64,000 nucleotides of DNA, from assembly GCA_029238175.1 (NCBI GenBank), contig JAQWGO010000085.1, forward strand, positions 2,995-66,994. Direction: 5' to 3'. This document shows positions 45,612-55,910 of this stretch, piece after piece (within the stretch, counting starts at the first letter, position 1; each line of letters begins with the position of its first letter). Source of the DNA: Henriciella sp. GTDB lineage: Bacteria; Pseudomonadota; Alphaproteobacteria; Caulobacterales; Hyphomonadaceae. The position numbers and the translations under genes are program-made. Under the pieces are notes generated by a model. It worked only from the letters and a program-made list of their open reading frames with translations. It was not told where the DNA came from and did no database searches.

Positions 45612-46562
45612 ATGTCCAAGACCGCCATACCTGATTATGCCATCGAAGCGATTGGCTTAGAAAAGACGTATCGCGCATCAGGTAAATTGCCTGAAATGAA
45701 GGCCCTGAAAGGCATCGACTTAAAGATCAAACGCGGCAGCATCTTTGGCCTTCTCGGCCCGAACGGTGCAGGTAAGTCGACCTTCATAAACATTCTTGCT
45801 GGCCTCGTCACCAAGACGGGGGGAACCGCGAAGATTTGGGGATTAGATATTGAAAAGCACCCCCGCTCGTCGCGCGCTGCGATCGGGGTCGTGAACCAAG
45901 AAATCACGATGGATCCGTTCTTTACACCAATACAGGCGCTAGAACTACAAGCAGGCTATTACGGCGTTCCAAAGAGCGAACGCCGCAGTATGGAAATCCT
46001 CACGGCGGTTGGACTTGATGACAAGAAGGACGCCTACGTTCGCCAACTTTCAGGTGGCATGAAACGGCGCTTGATGGTGGCCAAGGCCCTCGTCCACAAT
46101 CCGCCAGTGCTTATCCTCGATGAGCCAACGGCAGGCGTAGACGTAGAACTGCGCCGCTCGCTTTGGGCCTATGTCCGGGAACTGCACGCAAACGGCACAA
46201 CGATCATTCTCACCACCCACTATCTCGAAGAAGCAGAAGAGCTCTGTGATGAGATTGCGATCATTTCGCATGGCCAGGTTCTCGCACAAGAGCCAACTCC
46301 GCAACTTTTGGCGCGGTTAGATCAGCGCCTGCTGAAAATTACACCGCGCGAGGCGCTAACCAAAGTTCCAACCAGCCTCAGCAAGCTAGATGCATCCATC
46401 TCAGACGATGGAATACTGACCATCACGTTCAGAAACAGCGAGACAGGCATTGGCCGCCTACTTGAACAGGTCCGCGAAGCTGGCATTAGCATCGCAGACC
46501 TCTCAACCGAGCAGCCAAACCTAGAAGACGTCTTCGTCTCCATGACCACTGAAGCGGCTTAG
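45612..46562 (+). CDS. ABC transporter ATP-binding protein (ABC-2/YadG-like)
   Basis: Walker A GPNGAGKST, signature LSGGMKRR and Walker B LILDEPT. It has a C-terminal extension of about 90 aa. No permease gene is adjacent. Confidence 0.9.
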   Translation: MSKTAIPDYAIEAIGLEKTYRASGKLPEMKALKGIDLKIKRGSIFGLLGPNGAGKSTFINILAGLVTKTGGTAKIWGLDIEKHPRSSRAAIGVVNQEITMDPFFTPIQALELQAGYYGVPKSERRSMEILTAVGLDDKKDAYVRQLSGGMKRRLMVAKALVHNPPVLILDEPTAGVDVELRRSLWAYVRELHANGTTIILTTHYLEEAEELCDEIAIISHGQVLAQEPTPQLLARLDQRLLKITPREALTKVPTSLSKLDASISDDGILTITFRNSETGIGRLLEQVREAGISIADLSTEQPNLEDVFVSMTTEAA

Positions 46563-46924
46563 TCTCCCTTTACCAGACGTAGCTCAATCATCTTCAACTC
46601 GCGTAAGACGGCGAGATGGTTCATCCGCATCCAGAACCACATCTTGATCAGACCCACGCCCAACATGGTGAAGCTCGCGAGCGCCAGCCACAGGATCATT
46701 TCGCGCGTCGTCTCGACATGAAATATGTTCCAGATGGACCAGACCGACAGGCCAAACATCGCAAACGACATGATGAAGGCATAAACTGTCCACCCGCCTA
46801 ACGGGCCAGCAAACGTACTGCCCATCTGCTGAAACAACCCAGCATCAGGCTCAAGGTCTTTCAGAAACGCCTCGTCTTCAGCGCTCAGGCTAGCCTTTAA
46901 ACGGTTTTCAAAACTAGACATCAT
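46559..46924 (-). CDS. three-TM membrane protein co-transcribed with ECF sigma (putative anti-sigma; DUF6768-like)
   Basis: Its start overlaps the sigma-factor stop (ATGA). The N-terminal cytoplasmic segment is about 40 aa (LSAEDEAFLKDLEPDAGLFQQM), followed by 3 TM helices. Confidence 0.6.
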   Translation of the reverse strand: MMSSFENRLKASLSAEDEAFLKDLEPDAGLFQQMGSTFAGPLGGWTVYAFIMSFAMFGLSVWSIWNIFHVETTREMILWLALASFTMLGVGLIKMWFWMRMNHLAVLRELKMIELRLVKGD

Positions 46925-47463
46925 ATCTCTCCTTCCAGAGTTGATTTCAGGTGTTTGCGCGCATGAAATATGCGCGACTTCGCGGTGCCAACCGGAACGC
47001 CGGTGGCTGCGGCGACCTCAACCAAAGTCAGACCATCGCCGAAAAATAAGATTGCCGCCATACGGTGTTCTACGGACAGGAGGTCCAGCGCCTGGTCGAT
47101 CGCAAAAGCAAGCTCGCCACGCGCCGACTCGGAGGGTTCCGGAACATCTTCAAGACTGCCAGTTCTGGCACGCTGACCTTGTTCCCGTCGAATGCGGTCA
47201 GCACACTTGCGATGCAAGATACCAAACGCCCAAGCCGGAAACTTGGCTGGTTCGGATAGTCTGCCCCAACCCTTGCATATACCCGCCCACGCCTCTTGGA
47301 CGGCATCCTGAGCTTGGTCGCGATCTTGTAGCAATCGAAGCGCTGTCCGCATTAGCCGTGGATACCACCGCGCCGCCAGTCGTTCGCCAGCGCGTTGGTC
47401 ACCAGCGCGAACCAGCGTGACGAGTAGTTCGTCATAAACTTGGGCTTCATCACGCTGCGCCAT
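46921..47463 (-). CDS. ECF-subfamily RNA polymerase sigma-70 factor
   Basis: Region 2 (AQDAVQEAW...FPAWAFGILHRKCADRIR) and region 4 (LTLVEVAAATGVPVGTAKSRIFHARKHLK). Trimmed to MAQRDEAQVY. Confidence 0.88.
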   Translation of the reverse strand: MAQRDEAQVYDELLVTLVRAGDQRAGERLAARWYPRLMRTALRLLQDRDQAQDAVQEAWAGICKGWGRLSEPAKFPAWAFGILHRKCADRIRREQGQRARTGSLEDVPEPSESARGELAFAIDQALDLLSVEHRMAAILFFGDGLTLVEVAAATGVPVGTAKSRIFHARKHLKSTLEGEI

Positions 47464-47536
47464 AAACCAACCTGCTCCATCTGCATTCAAATAGATAGTC
47501 GCTGCAGAGGGCGAAAAGGTTCAACAGCCTTTGAAC

Positions 47537-48286
47537 TTATTCCAGCGAACCATACTCAACCCGTTCGAGGAATAGGCCATCCGGCGGCGCCACAGGGCCG
47601 CAATCTTCGCGTTTGCGAGCTTCGAGAATCTGTCTGATCCAGTCCTCGCCGCGCGCGCCTCTGCCGACTTCCACTAAGCTACCCACCATGGATCGAACTT
47701 GTTTGTGCAGAAAACTGCGCGCCTCAACCGTGACCTCAAGGCCATCGCCGTAGCGCGCCACATTGATCTTTTTCAAAGTCTTCACGGGCGTCTTGGCCTG
47801 ACACTCCGTATCCCGGAACGTTGAGAAATCATGCTGGCCGACAAGCGCTTGCGCAGCGCGGTCCATAGCAGATGCATCGAGTGGCACGGGGACGCGCAAA
47901 GCAACGCCGCGATCAAACGTCAAACCAGCGCGGCGATTGATGATCACATAACGGTAGGCCCGGTGCGTCGCGTTGAACCGCGCATGCCAGTCCGGCTCCA
48001 CTTCCTCAGCCGCCAATACTTGGACAGGATGCGGCCTGATGTGAAAGTTCAACGCGTCAGGGATTTTGCGGATCGGCCGCGGTGTTTGCAAATCAAAGTG
48101 CGCCACCTGCCCGGTCGCGTGTACACCGCGATCTGTCCGCCCTGCGCCCATTACTGTCACAGGCGCGCCGTCCAGTTTGCTTGCCGCCTCTTCCAAAGCT
48201 TGCTGCACGCTGGGAAAATTATCCTGACGCTGCCATCCATAGAAAGGTCGGCCGTCATATTCGATCGTGACCTTATAACGCTGCAT
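47537..48286 (-). CDS. truA: tRNA pseudouridine(38-40) synthase
   Basis: [21 protein letters not shown], with the catalytic Asp in GAGRTDRGVHA. Confidence 0.95.
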   Translation of the reverse strand: MQRYKVTIEYDGRPFYGWQRQDNFPSVQQALEEAASKLDGAPVTVMGAGRTDRGVHATGQVAHFDLQTPRPIRKIPDALNFHIRPHPVQVLAAEEVEPDWHARFNATHRAYRYVIINRRAGLTFDRGVALRVPVPLDASAMDRAAQALVGQHDFSTFRDTECQAKTPVKTLKKINVARYGDGLEVTVEARSFLHKQVRSMVGSLVEVGRGARGEDWIRQILEARKREDCGPVAPPDGLFLERVEYGSLE

Positions 48287-49239
48287 TAGGTAAACCGCGC
48301 GCCACTAGGAACCGGCAGCCCTCGCAAGAGCGTTTCTGCATCCATCGCTTTCGACCCCGGCTTCTGGGCCCGCAACAGGCGCACCGCTTTGCCGTCACCG
48401 CATTGCACAAGCAGCTCATCATCCAACACCGCGCCAGCGGCCTTGCCCTCTGCGCCGCCGTCAACCCGGCTAAGCAAAGCCTTCATCCGCAACGGCTGAG
48501 GCTCGTCATCTGGTTGATAGAAAAACCAAGCACCCGGAAAAGGCGATAGACCACGTATCTGGCAATCGACTTCAGCCGCAGGCCTAGACCAGTCAATACG
48601 CTGATCCTCAGATGTTACTTTGTGAGCGTAGATGACACCATCCTCGATTTGAGGCTCTGGTATGATCGATCCATCTGCCAGTCCAGCAAGCGCCTTCACC
48701 GCCAGATCGGCGGCAAGTCCTGCAAGCCGGTCGTGGACACTGCCCGTCGTGTCGGTCGCCATAATCGGCGTTTTTTCTGTCGCCAGTACGGGTCCGGTAT
48801 CCAAACCAGCTTCCATCATCATTGCTTGAACGCCTGTCTCCTCATCACCAGCGATGATCGCACGGTGGATCGGAGCGGCACCTCGCCAACGCGGCAATAA
48901 TGAAGCATGCATATTCATGCAGCCTAGGCGCGGCGCATCCAAAACCTGTTGAGGTAAGATCAACCCATAAGCCACCACCACAGCAGCATCCAACTCAAGC
49001 GCCGCGAACGCGGCCTGCTCTGGCTCTTTTTTAAGAGACTTAGGCGTGCGCACTTCAATACCGTGATCCTCTGCCCATTTATGCACGGGCGTAGGTCGCA
49101 GCTTCTTTCCACGTCCCGCAGGGCGCGGCGGTTGGCTATAAACACAGACGACGTCATGCCCAGCGTCAACTAATGCGGCTAGAACAGGTACAGAAAAGTC
49201 TGGGCTACCCATGAAGGCAATGCGAAGTGTTTTACTCAT
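48286..49239 (-). CDS. fmt: methionyl-tRNA formyltransferase
   Basis: [14 protein letters not shown] and [14 protein letters not shown]. It is adjacent to def. I prefer the ATG at 49239 over the GTG at 49248. Confidence 0.95.
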   Translation of the reverse strand: MSKTLRIAFMGSPDFSVPVLAALVDAGHDVVCVYSQPPRPAGRGKKLRPTPVHKWAEDHGIEVRTPKSLKKEPEQAAFAALELDAAVVVAYGLILPQQVLDAPRLGCMNMHASLLPRWRGAAPIHRAIIAGDEETGVQAMMMEAGLDTGPVLATEKTPIMATDTTGSVHDRLAGLAADLAVKALAGLADGSIIPEPQIEDGVIYAHKVTSEDQRIDWSRPAAEVDCQIRGLSPFPGAWFFYQPDDEPQPLRMKALLSRVDGGAEGKAAGAVLDDELLVQCGDGKAVRLLRAQKPGSKAMDAETLLRGLPVPSGARFT

Positions 49240-49287
49240 GATGGCCACCTATCGCGTGTTGCAGGCGGGATAAAGAGAGGGGCTGGC

Positions 49288-49815
49288 TTAAGCGTTCTCT
49301 TTGGCTTTAAGGCGCTGTGCTTTTTTCACCTTGGCCACGGCCCTCTCGCGCTTCAAACGCGATAGATAATCGATGAACAAAGTTCCCTCGAGGTGATCCA
49401 TCTCATGCTGAATACACACAGCAAAAAGATCGGTTGCGACCTCTTCAACTTCGTTTCCATCATAATCGAGATACTTGATGCGACACTCGGTCGGTCGCTC
49501 AACTTCCTCGAATACGTCCGGAACCGACAAACAGCCTTCTTCATAAGGCGCTTTATCTTCGGTCAGCGGCAGAATTTTGGGATTAACGAAGTAACGCGGA
49601 AGCGGCTCTTCATCCTCGCGGGCGAGGTCCATGACGATAATCCGCAAAGGAATGCCAACTTGTATCGCTGCCAAGCCAATGCCCGGCGCGTCATACATCG
49701 TCTCCAACATGTCATCCATCAGAGCACGGTGCTCGTCAGTGACGCCACCTTCAACAGGTTTAGACACCTCTTTAAGGCGCGGATCTGGGACGGTTAGGAT
49801 TTCTCGAATAGCCAT
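49288..49815 (-). CDS. def: peptide deformylase
   Basis: [17 protein letters not shown] and QHEMDHL motifs. Trimmed to [11 protein letters not shown]. Confidence 0.96.
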   Translation of the reverse strand: MAIREILTVPDPRLKEVSKPVEGGVTDEHRALMDDMLETMYDAPGIGLAAIQVGIPLRIIVMDLAREDEEPLPRYFVNPKILPLTEDKAPYEEGCLSVPDVFEEVERPTECRIKYLDYDGNEVEEVATDLFAVCIQHEMDHLEGTLFIDYLSRLKRERAVAKVKKAQRLKAKENA

Positions 49816-49892
49816 AAGCCTCAAGTATGAACCAAGAGGCACGACGTCAATATGGATGCAGCGATAGAATGTTTCTATGCAGATCGGCCTAT

Positions 49893-51227
49893 CTACTCAG
49901 CCAAGTCCAGTTCAAGTGTTTTAGGGCCAGCATCCGCACTCACCTCAATACGCTTAGGCTCAGGCATCACTTTATCTGGCGGCGCAATAGATAATTGCTC
50001 AAACTTCTTCATGGTCGGAAGTACGCGTTTATCCAGCGAGCTGTTCATCTTATTATAATTATCAACCGCGCCATTGAGCGATTTTCCCAGCTTCTCAATA
50101 TGTCCCGCAAGTATGGCAATGCGCTCATAAAGTTGCTCACCAAGCTTCGCGGCTTCGCGGGCATTCTCTGTCATTTTCTCCTGCCGCCAGACATAAGATA
50201 CGGTCTTAGCCAAACCAATCAAAGTCGACGGCGTCGTGACAATTACGTTCTTCGAATAAGCGCGCTCCAAAAGGTCGGGGGCATATTCAAGCGCCGCTGC
50301 GAAAAAGTTTTCGCCCGGAATGAACATCGCAACAAAATCTACGCGTTCATCAAGATTAGCCTGATAACGCTTTGAAGCCAATGTATCGATGTGACGCTGA
50401 ACACTGGTCGCATGACTTTTTAGATGAAGGTTGCGCTGCGTTGGGTCTGACGCAGATGCAGCGGCCATATAGGCCTCAAGTGACACTTTTGAATCGACAA
50501 CAATCTGCCGCCCACCGGGCAGCTTAATCACAGCATCCGGACGCTGACGCCCATCCTCAGTTTGGTCATTCACTTGCTCGTTAAAATCACAATGCGCAGA
50601 AAGCCCAGCTTGCTCCATAACGTTGCGAAGCGTCATCTCTCCCCAACGGCCACCGCCTTTTGGAGCAGTAAGAGCATTCACCAGCTTACCAGTCTCAGCC
50701 GTATTGCGATGCAGGCTTTCACCAATCGCTTTAACTTGCTCCTGAATAACAGATTTGTCTTCGGTGCGTACTTTTTCGATCGCTTCAACGCGCTTCTTGA
50801 AAGCGTCAAAATTCTCACCGATAGGCTGCATCAACTCTTTCAATTCACCTTTGGCACCTTCACGATGTTTCTTGAAAGTCTCATCGGCCATCTCAACAAA
50901 CTGGGCTTGCGCTTGCTTCATCACCTGCTGCGCAAGCGTATTGAAATCTTCGCGCTGCTTATCGGTTTGCCCGCGTAATTGCGCCAGCTCAACACGCGCC
51001 GCCTCAACGTCCAGTCTATTCGCCTCAAGCTTCTCGCGCGTGGACTGCAACTCCATAGCTGTATCGCTAAGGTCGTCTTGCTCGCGTTCTAGGGCTTCAT
51101 TCACTTTGGTACGCTCACCGTGCAGCCAAAAGCAGACGCCTCCCGCCAGTAACAAGAGCGCAATTACAATTAGATGAATGGCGTCGAGACCAACGCTACC
51201 AATTTGAACGAGTGTTTCCATAGACAT
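49893..51227 (-). CDS. rmuC: DNA recombination protein RmuC
   Basis: N-terminal TM helix, a long coiled coil, and a C-terminal RmuC nuclease-like domain ([18 protein letters not shown] ... FVAMFIPGE). Confidence 0.9.
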   Translation of the reverse strand: MSMETLVQIGSVGLDAIHLIVIALLLLAGGVCFWLHGERTKVNEALEREQDDLSDTAMELQSTREKLEANRLDVEAARVELAQLRGQTDKQREDFNTLAQQVMKQAQAQFVEMADETFKKHREGAKGELKELMQPIGENFDAFKKRVEAIEKVRTEDKSVIQEQVKAIGESLHRNTAETGKLVNALTAPKGGGRWGEMTLRNVMEQAGLSAHCDFNEQVNDQTEDGRQRPDAVIKLPGGRQIVVDSKVSLEAYMAAASASDPTQRNLHLKSHATSVQRHIDTLASKRYQANLDERVDFVAMFIPGENFFAAALEYAPDLLERAYSKNVIVTTPSTLIGLAKTVSYVWRQEKMTENAREAAKLGEQLYERIAILAGHIEKLGKSLNGAVDNYNKMNSSLDKRVLPTMKKFEQLSIAPPDKVMPEPKRIEVSADAGPKTLELDLAE

Positions 51228-51280
51228 GCACCTGACACGATTCTAACTAGAACGTATCAGGAACAATCTTGTTTGCCAAC

Positions 51281-52378
51281 TTAAACGTTGAAGCGGAAAT
51301 GCATCACGTCGCCATCTTTCACGACATAGTCTTTGCCTTCGGCGCGCATCTTACCGGTTTCTTTGGCTTTGGCTTCGCCGCCGCAAGCGATGAAATCATC
51401 ATACGCGATGGTTTCAGCGCGAATAAAACCTTTCTCAAAGTCACCATGAATAACGCCAGCCGCCTGAGGTGCGGTGAAGCCTTCTGGGATGGTCCAAGCA
51501 CGTGCTTCTTTCGGACCGACCGTGAAATAGGTTTGCAAATCAAGCAGCTTGTAACCTGAATGGATCAAGCGATTCAGGCCCGGCTCTTCAAGTCCTAGTG
51601 TTTCAAGGAACTCAGCACGTTCCTCATTCTCTAGCTGGGAAATCTCTGCCTCAATCTGCGCCGAAATAATCACTGCCTGCGAGCCTTCTTCGGCCGCATA
51701 ATCCAGCACACGCTGAGAATAATCATTACCCTCCGCCGCGCTGTCTTCGTCCACATTGGCGACGTACAAGACAGGCTTAGACGTCAATAATTGAAGCATC
51801 GTCCAGGCTTTTTGATCGTCCTCATCAATTTTCGCGCGGCGCGCCGGTCGGCCCTCATTCAGCTCAGTCAAAGCAAGATCAATCAGGGCGACCTGCGCCT
51901 TGGCTTCTTTGTCACCTGAATTGGCTTTCTTCACGACGCCCGCTTTGCGCTTCTCTAGGCTTTCAAGATCGGCAAGCATTAGCTCTGTCTCGACGATCGA
52001 GAGGTCCGCTAGTGGATCAATCTTGCCAGAAACATGCGTGATATCTTCATCTTCGAAACAGCGAAGCACATAGATAATTGCGTCGGTTTCGCGAATGTTG
52101 GCGAGGAACTGATTGCCCAACCCTTCGCCTTTCGAAGCGCCCTCAACCAAACCTGCAATATCTACGAAATTCATCCGCGCCGGAATAATCTCTTTGGACT
52201 CTGCAATCGCGGCCAATTTATCTAACCGGTATTCAGGAACCGCAACTTCACCGACATTCGGTTCAATCGTGCAAAACGGATAGTTCGCCGCTTGCGCCGC
52301 CGCTGTTTGCGTCAATGCATTAAACAAAGTGGACTTGCCGACATTCGGCAATCCAACGATCCCACATTTAAAGCCCAT
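51281..52378 (-). CDS. ychF: redox-regulated ATPase YchF
   Basis: [23 protein letters not shown], a C-terminal TGS domain, and the conserved ychF-pth-rplY neighbourhood. Confidence 0.96.
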   Translation of the reverse strand: MGFKCGIVGLPNVGKSTLFNALTQTAAAQAANYPFCTIEPNVGEVAVPEYRLDKLAAIAESKEIIPARMNFVDIAGLVEGASKGEGLGNQFLANIRETDAIIYVLRCFEDEDITHVSGKIDPLADLSIVETELMLADLESLEKRKAGVVKKANSGDKEAKAQVALIDLALTELNEGRPARRAKIDEDDQKAWTMLQLLTSKPVLYVANVDEDSAAEGNDYSQRVLDYAAEEGSQAVIISAQIEAEISQLENEERAEFLETLGLEEPGLNRLIHSGYKLLDLQTYFTVGPKEARAWTIPEGFTAPQAAGVIHGDFEKGFIRAETIAYDDFIACGGEAKAKETGKMRAEGKDYVVKDGDVMHFRFNV

Positions 52379-52492
52379 ATTGAAGCCTCCGAATAAGTTC
52401 TTGGGCGCGGATTAGCGCATTTTCACGTTATGAACAGGCTCTTTTATCGCCTGCAATGCCAAACCAGCATTCCAGGGTCTGAACACCTGATC

Positions 52493-53089
52493 TTACTTAG
52501 CTTGCTTCGGATCACTCTTTGGCGCGGGGGCCAGACGCATAACCTCGGTCTGATAGCGCTCATCATTCTCTGTGATCAGTAACAGTAATGCCCGCGAGCA
52601 AGCCTCTAGCAAAGGCTTTTGCCATGCCTCATCGGCCTTCGAAAAATCTGACAGCACATAAGGCATGACCCGCGATTTATCGCCGGGATGCCCCACGCCC
52701 ATTCGGATCCGCCGAACGTCAGCGCCGACATGCGCGATCATCGAGCGCACACCATTATTGCCCGAATGTCCGCCGCCGCGCTTCACGCGCAACCGCCCTG
52801 GCGCCAGATCAATCTCGTCATGAAAAACCGTGACCGCTTCGGGGGCCAACTTATAGAACTTGATCGCCGCTTGCGCAGCCCTGCCCGTTTCATTGTAAAA
52901 CGTATCAGGCTTCATCAGCAGCACTTTCTCGCCGCCAATCGTCCCTTCACAAATCACGCTCTGAAACTTCGCACGCCACGGGCCAAAGCTGTGGTCCGAG
53001 GCAATCGTATCCATCACCATGAACCCGATATTGTGGCGGTTCCCGGCATATTTTGCGCCCGGATTCCCCTGCCCAATCAGTATATGCAT
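52493..53089 (-). CDS. pth: peptidyl-tRNA hydrolase
   Basis: Trimmed to MHILIGQGNPGAKYAGNRHNIGF. GGHSGNNG(V)RS is present. Confidence 0.94.
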   Translation of the reverse strand: MHILIGQGNPGAKYAGNRHNIGFMVMDTIASDHSFGPWRAKFQSVICEGTIGGEKVLLMKPDTFYNETGRAAQAAIKFYKLAPEAVTVFHDEIDLAPGRLRVKRGGGHSGNNGVRSMIAHVGADVRRIRMGVGHPGDKSRVMPYVLSDFSKADEAWQKPLLEACSRALLLLITENDERYQTEVMRLAPAPKSDPKQAK

Positions 53090-53175
53090 GATGGCCTCAC
53101 TTGCTTGATCTGCTGAATCAATAATGGCGGGGCGGCCGAACAGCCACCCCGCCACCAGATTAATCAGCGATTTGA

Positions 53176-53826
53176 TCACTCAGCGTCGTCGTTAGACTGG
53201 TTGATAGCTTCAACCTCACCAGCTTCTGGTGCGCCTTCGTCTTCCTCAGTGTCAGCGGCGATACCGCGACCAACGATGGATGCGATTGTGAAGTCGCGAT
53301 CTGTAATTGTTGGCTCAGCACCATCTGGAAGTTTGATGTTCGAGATCTTGACGTTATCGCCAATGTCTAGACCAGTAAGGTCAGCGTCAAGTGAATCAGG
53401 AATGCTGTCTGCGCGAACGTTAAGCTCGACCGCGTGACGTACAACGTTAAGAGCAGCGCCCTTTTTGATGCCCGGCGACTCTTCTTCGTTCAGGAAGTTC
53501 ACGGTGACTTCAACCGTAATGATCTGATCTTTCTTAACGCGGAACAGGTCAACGTGCTCTGGCTGGTCAGTCACCGGGTGCAACTGGATTGCTTGCGGAA
53601 TAACCAACTGCTTCTTGCCATCGTGAACAAGCTGCGCGGTTGAAGACAGGAACTGACCTGTGTTGATCGCTTTGATCACTTCGTTCTTCTTCAGGCTGAT
53701 CGCAACCGGATCATCGCCGCCACCGTAAAGTACGCCTGGTACCATACCGTTACGACGAGCTTCACGAGCGCCGCCTTTGCCGATGCGCTCACGCACTTCA
53801 ACGTTAAATGTAATCTGTTTAGACAT
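53176..53826 (-). CDS. rplY: 50S ribosomal protein L25 / general stress protein Ctc
   Basis: 216 aa with the R(R)NGMVPGVLYGG motif and the acidic C-terminal extension typical of Ctc-form L25. Confidence 0.94.
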   Translation of the reverse strand: MSKQITFNVEVRERIGKGGAREARRNGMVPGVLYGGGDDPVAISLKKNEVIKAINTGQFLSSTAQLVHDGKKQLVIPQAIQLHPVTDQPEHVDLFRVKKDQIITVEVTVNFLNEEESPGIKKGAALNVVRHAVELNVRADSIPDSLDADLTGLDIGDNVKISNIKLPDGAEPTITDRDFTIASIVGRGIAADTEEDEGAPEAGEVEAINQSNDDAE

Positions 53827-53980
53827 TGGTCTTTTCCTTTCGTCCTGAAGTCCGCCAGTTCTCTCTGGTGACTACCTGACAGGCACGGCCTAGCGCCGTC
53901 CTTTCAATAAGCGGTCGCCATTACCTTAAAGGCCCGTAAGAGGCAACTGGGACTCTGTACTGAACTTGACTCTTGGGCAT

Positions 53981-54005
53981 TTACAGTCGTAACTTTACAT
54001 ATGTA
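53981..54005. promoter_or_regulatory. candidate BlaI/MecI-type operator (TACA/TGTA dyads)
   Basis: TTAC-AGTC-GTAA lies at 53981-53992 and the perfect palindrome TACATATGTA at 53996-54005. The latter ends 19 nt upstream of the repressor ATG. Confidence 0.55.
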
Positions 54006-54023
54006 GCGCTACAGAGGCAGATC

Positions 54024-54404
54024 ATGGCCAATCCAAACCCATCAGAACTCGTTATCCTGAAATACCTTTGGGGCAGCGGCGCAAAGACCGCCCGCCAATT
54101 ACATGAAGCCGTCGGCCCCTCGCAAGACTGGCAATTATCAACGACCCGAACCGTCCTCGGACGTATGGAAGCCAAAGGCTGGGTCAAGCGCAATGGCGAG
54201 ATGGATCCAGTAACGTTTGAGCCTCTTCTGGACCGCGTTGAAACACTTGGCAGCCTTGTTCGCCACCTTGCTCGCAAAGTTCTGGATATGGATGGCCCCA
54301 TACCCGCTGCGATGTTTGCCGAAAGCCCGCACCTCTCCGATGGAGAGCTTGATGAGCTCGATTCAATCATCAATGCCGCCGAAGCGCGCGAACAAGGGGA
54401 ATAA
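54024..54404 (+). CDS. BlaI/MecI/CopY-family winged-helix transcriptional repressor
   Basis: MANPNPSELVILKYLWGSGAKTARQLHEAV...TTRTVLGRMEAKGWV. It is 126 aa and lies directly upstream of an M56 protease gene. Confidence 0.85.
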   Translation: MANPNPSELVILKYLWGSGAKTARQLHEAVGPSQDWQLSTTRTVLGRMEAKGWVKRNGEMDPVTFEPLLDRVETLGSLVRHLARKVLDMDGPIPAAMFAESPHLSDGELDELDSIINAAEAREQGE

Positions 54405-54406
54405 TC

Positions 54407-55807
54407 ATGAGCGCTGTCTGGTTCATCGGATTTTCGTTAGTGTGGACCGGATTGCTCGCGGGCGGTGCTCACCTTTTAAGTCGTGAGCCAGTACCTGCTC
54501 GCTTTGCGCATACAATTTGGCGCGGTGCCGCCTTTCTATCCGTCGTCCCTTGGGTGTTTGCCGGGCTTTACGCACTTCTACCCGATCCAGACGCGACCCC
54601 AATTCCAGACCTCCCTTATGTCAGCGGCGCAGCAGACGCATTTGGCAATAACGCCGCCATGCAAGCTGCTGCAGAGACAGTATCGCTCCCAATCGTCGGA
54701 TGGATTCTCGGCGGTCTTCTCCTGACAGGTTGGCTCTTCAGACTAGGCATGAATGCCCTCTGCCAGCTCCGCCTACAGCGTATAAAGGCCAACGCCGTGG
54801 AAAACACGTCACTCAGTGCGCAGAGATGGGCTGATACCCTAAATCTTAACTCCACACCTCAGATTGCGACAATCCCAAATGGGTCACCTTTCCTTGCCGG
54901 GATCCAGCGACGTACAATCTACTTGCCCGAGACTGTTACCAGTCAGGCCGACGCAGATATTATTCTCGCCCATGAATGCACCCACGTTGCACGCGGCGAC
55001 CTTGTCACCCGCCCTATTGAACGCTTCATTGCAGATATATTCTGGTTCTCACCGTTCGCATGGATGATGCGGCGACAACTTGATTATTGGCGTGAAGCCG
55101 CCTGTGACGAGCAAACCGCCAGCCTAACAGGTGACAGCGTTGCTTATGCACGCGCGCTCGCAAATACGGCGCGCGCAACACGGCCAATTCCGTTCAAGCC
55201 TCTTCCGGTGGCTGCGTTCATTCTACCGAGGCAAGAGACCCTCAAGAAACGCCTCACACAGCTCTTAGAGCATGATGCGCAGAAACCACGGCGCAGCATG
55301 GCTATAATGGCCTTGGTCGCGGGCCTCTTGCTCGCCCCACTTTCACTCGCCCAAACATCGTCTTTAACCGGCAGCAGTATTTTCACGCATGCCGTCTTTG
55401 TCGATGCTAAAGTCTGGGTTTCAGCCCCATTCGGCGACAGTTACGACAAAAAGGCTGACAATAAATGGTGGCACGCGGGCGTTGATATTGCGGCGGCGAA
55501 GTTCACTCCCGTCTATTCACCAGCCGACGCCAAAGTCCTGATGGCGAAGAAGAAAGATGAGTATGGCTACACTGTCGACATTCTGCTCGAAGATGGCCGT
55601 AAAATGCGCTTCTCACAGCTAGAAAAATACACCGTCAAAAAAGGCGATGTAATCAAAGCAGGCACAATTATCGGCAAAGTCGGTGCATCAGGCAAAAGTA
55701 AAATGCGACCTCACTTGCATCTAGAAGTCTACAAAGACGGCGAGCACGTGAACCCAACAAAAGTCAAAGGCCTGACGCTCTTCGAAGAGTGTTGTAACGA
55801 GGACTGA
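54407..55807 (+). CDS. BlaR1/MecR1-like M56 signal-transducing metalloprotease fused to a C-terminal M23 (LytM) peptidase domain
   Basis: N-terminal TM helices, the M56 HEXXH motif (ILAHECTHVARGD), and a late TM helix (MAIMALVAGLLLAPLSLA). After that comes M23 with intact HxxxD (WHAGVD) and HxH (PHLHLE). Confidence 0.82.
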   Translation: MSAVWFIGFSLVWTGLLAGGAHLLSREPVPARFAHTIWRGAAFLSVVPWVFAGLYALLPDPDATPIPDLPYVSGAADAFGNNAAMQAAAETVSLPIVGWILGGLLLTGWLFRLGMNALCQLRLQRIKANAVENTSLSAQRWADTLNLNSTPQIATIPNGSPFLAGIQRRTIYLPETVTSQADADIILAHECTHVARGDLVTRPIERFIADIFWFSPFAWMMRRQLDYWREAACDEQTASLTGDSVAYARALANTARATRPIPFKPLPVAAFILPRQETLKKRLTQLLEHDAQKPRRSMAIMALVAGLLLAPLSLAQTSSLTGSSIFTHAVFVDAKVWVSAPFGDSYDKKADNKWWHAGVDIAAAKFTPVYSPADAKVLMAKKKDEYGYTVDILLEDGRKMRFSQLEKYTVKKGDVIKAGTIIGKVGASGKSKMRPHLHLEVYKDGEHVNPTKVKGLTLFEECCNED

Positions 55808-55910
55808 TAAATAAACCTCTTAACAAATACCTTCAATCTTTAGTTAAATAACTATAATTGTACTGCTCCGATAGTTTGTGCTTCCTCTTACCCAAACGGG
55901 AGAAACTCAA

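Noticed and set aside
53827-53972. Possible ribosomal-protein leader structure upstream of rplY.
   Set aside because: Only weak, short complementarities are visible by eye, and I recall no alphaproteobacterial L25 leader model. An Rfam scan would be needed.
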